DNA of 64,000 nt from contig CAUYUJ010000270.1 of assembly GCA_963575745.1 (NCBI GenBank), positions 1 through 64,000 on the forward strand, read 5' to 3'. The DNA is from Prorocentrum cordatum. Its lineage: Eukaryota. The notes under the pieces were generated by a model. That model was not told the DNA's origin and searched no databases. It saw only the letters and a program-made list of their open reading frames with translations. Shown here in pieces: positions 63,040 to 64,000 of the stretch; position 1 is the first letter of the stretch; every line of letters begins with the position of its first letter. The translations under genes and the position numbers were made by a program.

Positions 63040-64000
63040 CTGAGGCGGTAATGGGGAGCAGAGAAAGCACACATGACCCATCCTTCGGGGATTGACGAAA
63101 CTGTCCCTGGCCCACGGTGTTCCAAGTTTTTCGCTCCATGTTGGAGCCCCATGGGGCCCTCCGAATCCTGGCAGGAAGGGATTGAGACGGGGGGGGAGGG
63201 GCAGGGGCGAAGGCGAGGGAGGAAGAGAAGGGAGAAAAAGGAGAAGGCGGAGGTGGACCCAGACCATCGACGACCAGAGTTGTCCGAGAGTCAGCGGCCC
63301 CTGGAATTTTCGCCGCTTCCCTGGAGACCAGCATTTCGTCCAACATCGTCCTTGATGGTCACGGCGCCCGACGGGGGCCTCCAGACGCCGAACACGGCGA
63401 ACATCCTCTGTCGCAGTTTCGGCTCGAGCAGAAAGAGCTGGGCCACAAGCGTCACCCAAGGGCTTCAAAGGTGCGTCCTGGCGAGAACTTCGAGGCGGTC
63501 GCCGGGCGGGAGGGGCCCCGGCAGACCAGCAAGGGCGAAATAGCCTCGAGGTCCCGTTCCTCCAGGACCCCCGTTTGCTGCGTTCTTCCAAGAGCGCGCA
63601 AGAGCGTCAATCTTCGATCATCGATGGACGGGGCGTCTACTCTCTACCTCGCCGATCCCCGGCTGCCCGATCCTCTGGCACAGATCGGTGCACATGCCTC
63701 CGTGGCCAAACCAAGGGGGCGCACAAACCGATCCTAGGCGCAGGGAAGGACCCAGCCAGGATCGGCAAACATGAGTGTAGATGACGTGCCCCAAATGTTC
63801 GGGATCCCCAAACGGTGCGGTGGCAGAGCGTGCGGTGACCTCGGGATCCCAAGTGGCCGTAGCGCACGGACGATTGGCCCTGCGCTGAGCCCGCTTCGAA
63901 ATACGTTCCACCCAAAAGACTGGCTTCCGAAACCTCCCAACGCCGATACAGTGCCCCCATGCCTCCAAAGACGGCCCCTGAGCATTGGCTACGATAACAC

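Noticed and set aside
1..64000. rRNA, tRNA, prokaryotic operons or viral hallmark genes
   Set aside because: No recognisable sequence of these types was seen by eye; a covariance-model scan was not possible.

Overview
Repeat-rich, GC-rich eukaryotic DNA, very likely a dinoflagellate nuclear genome. The evidence is a near-perfect dinoflagellate spliced leader (DinoSL) at 38294-38315 and inferred GC/GA 5' splice sites; the species cannot be determined here. Most ORFs in the supplied track are spurious products of low-complexity DNA. Supportable genes are all on the minus strand: (1) a cytochrome-b5-like (MAPR-type) exon; (2) a 3-exon, ~757-aa unknown protein; (3) a ~1120-aa divergent hAT-like DDE transposase with HMG-like and AP2-like C-terminal segments, one intron and one frameshift; (4) an LRR + Stc1-like zinc-finger gene; (5) a WD40 gene. 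Mobile DNA includes a complete but decayed LINE (33339-38315) that begins exactly with the spliced leader, ends in poly(A) and is flanked by a target-site duplication. Two other LINE-like relics also have SL-like 5' ends. Four introns or insertions have terminal inverted repeats (introner-like). There are also DINE-1/Helentron-like elements carrying 90-bp satellites, a Helitron-type 3' end, a foldback element and several hairpin-containing tandem arrays. All calls were made by eye; no database searches were run.
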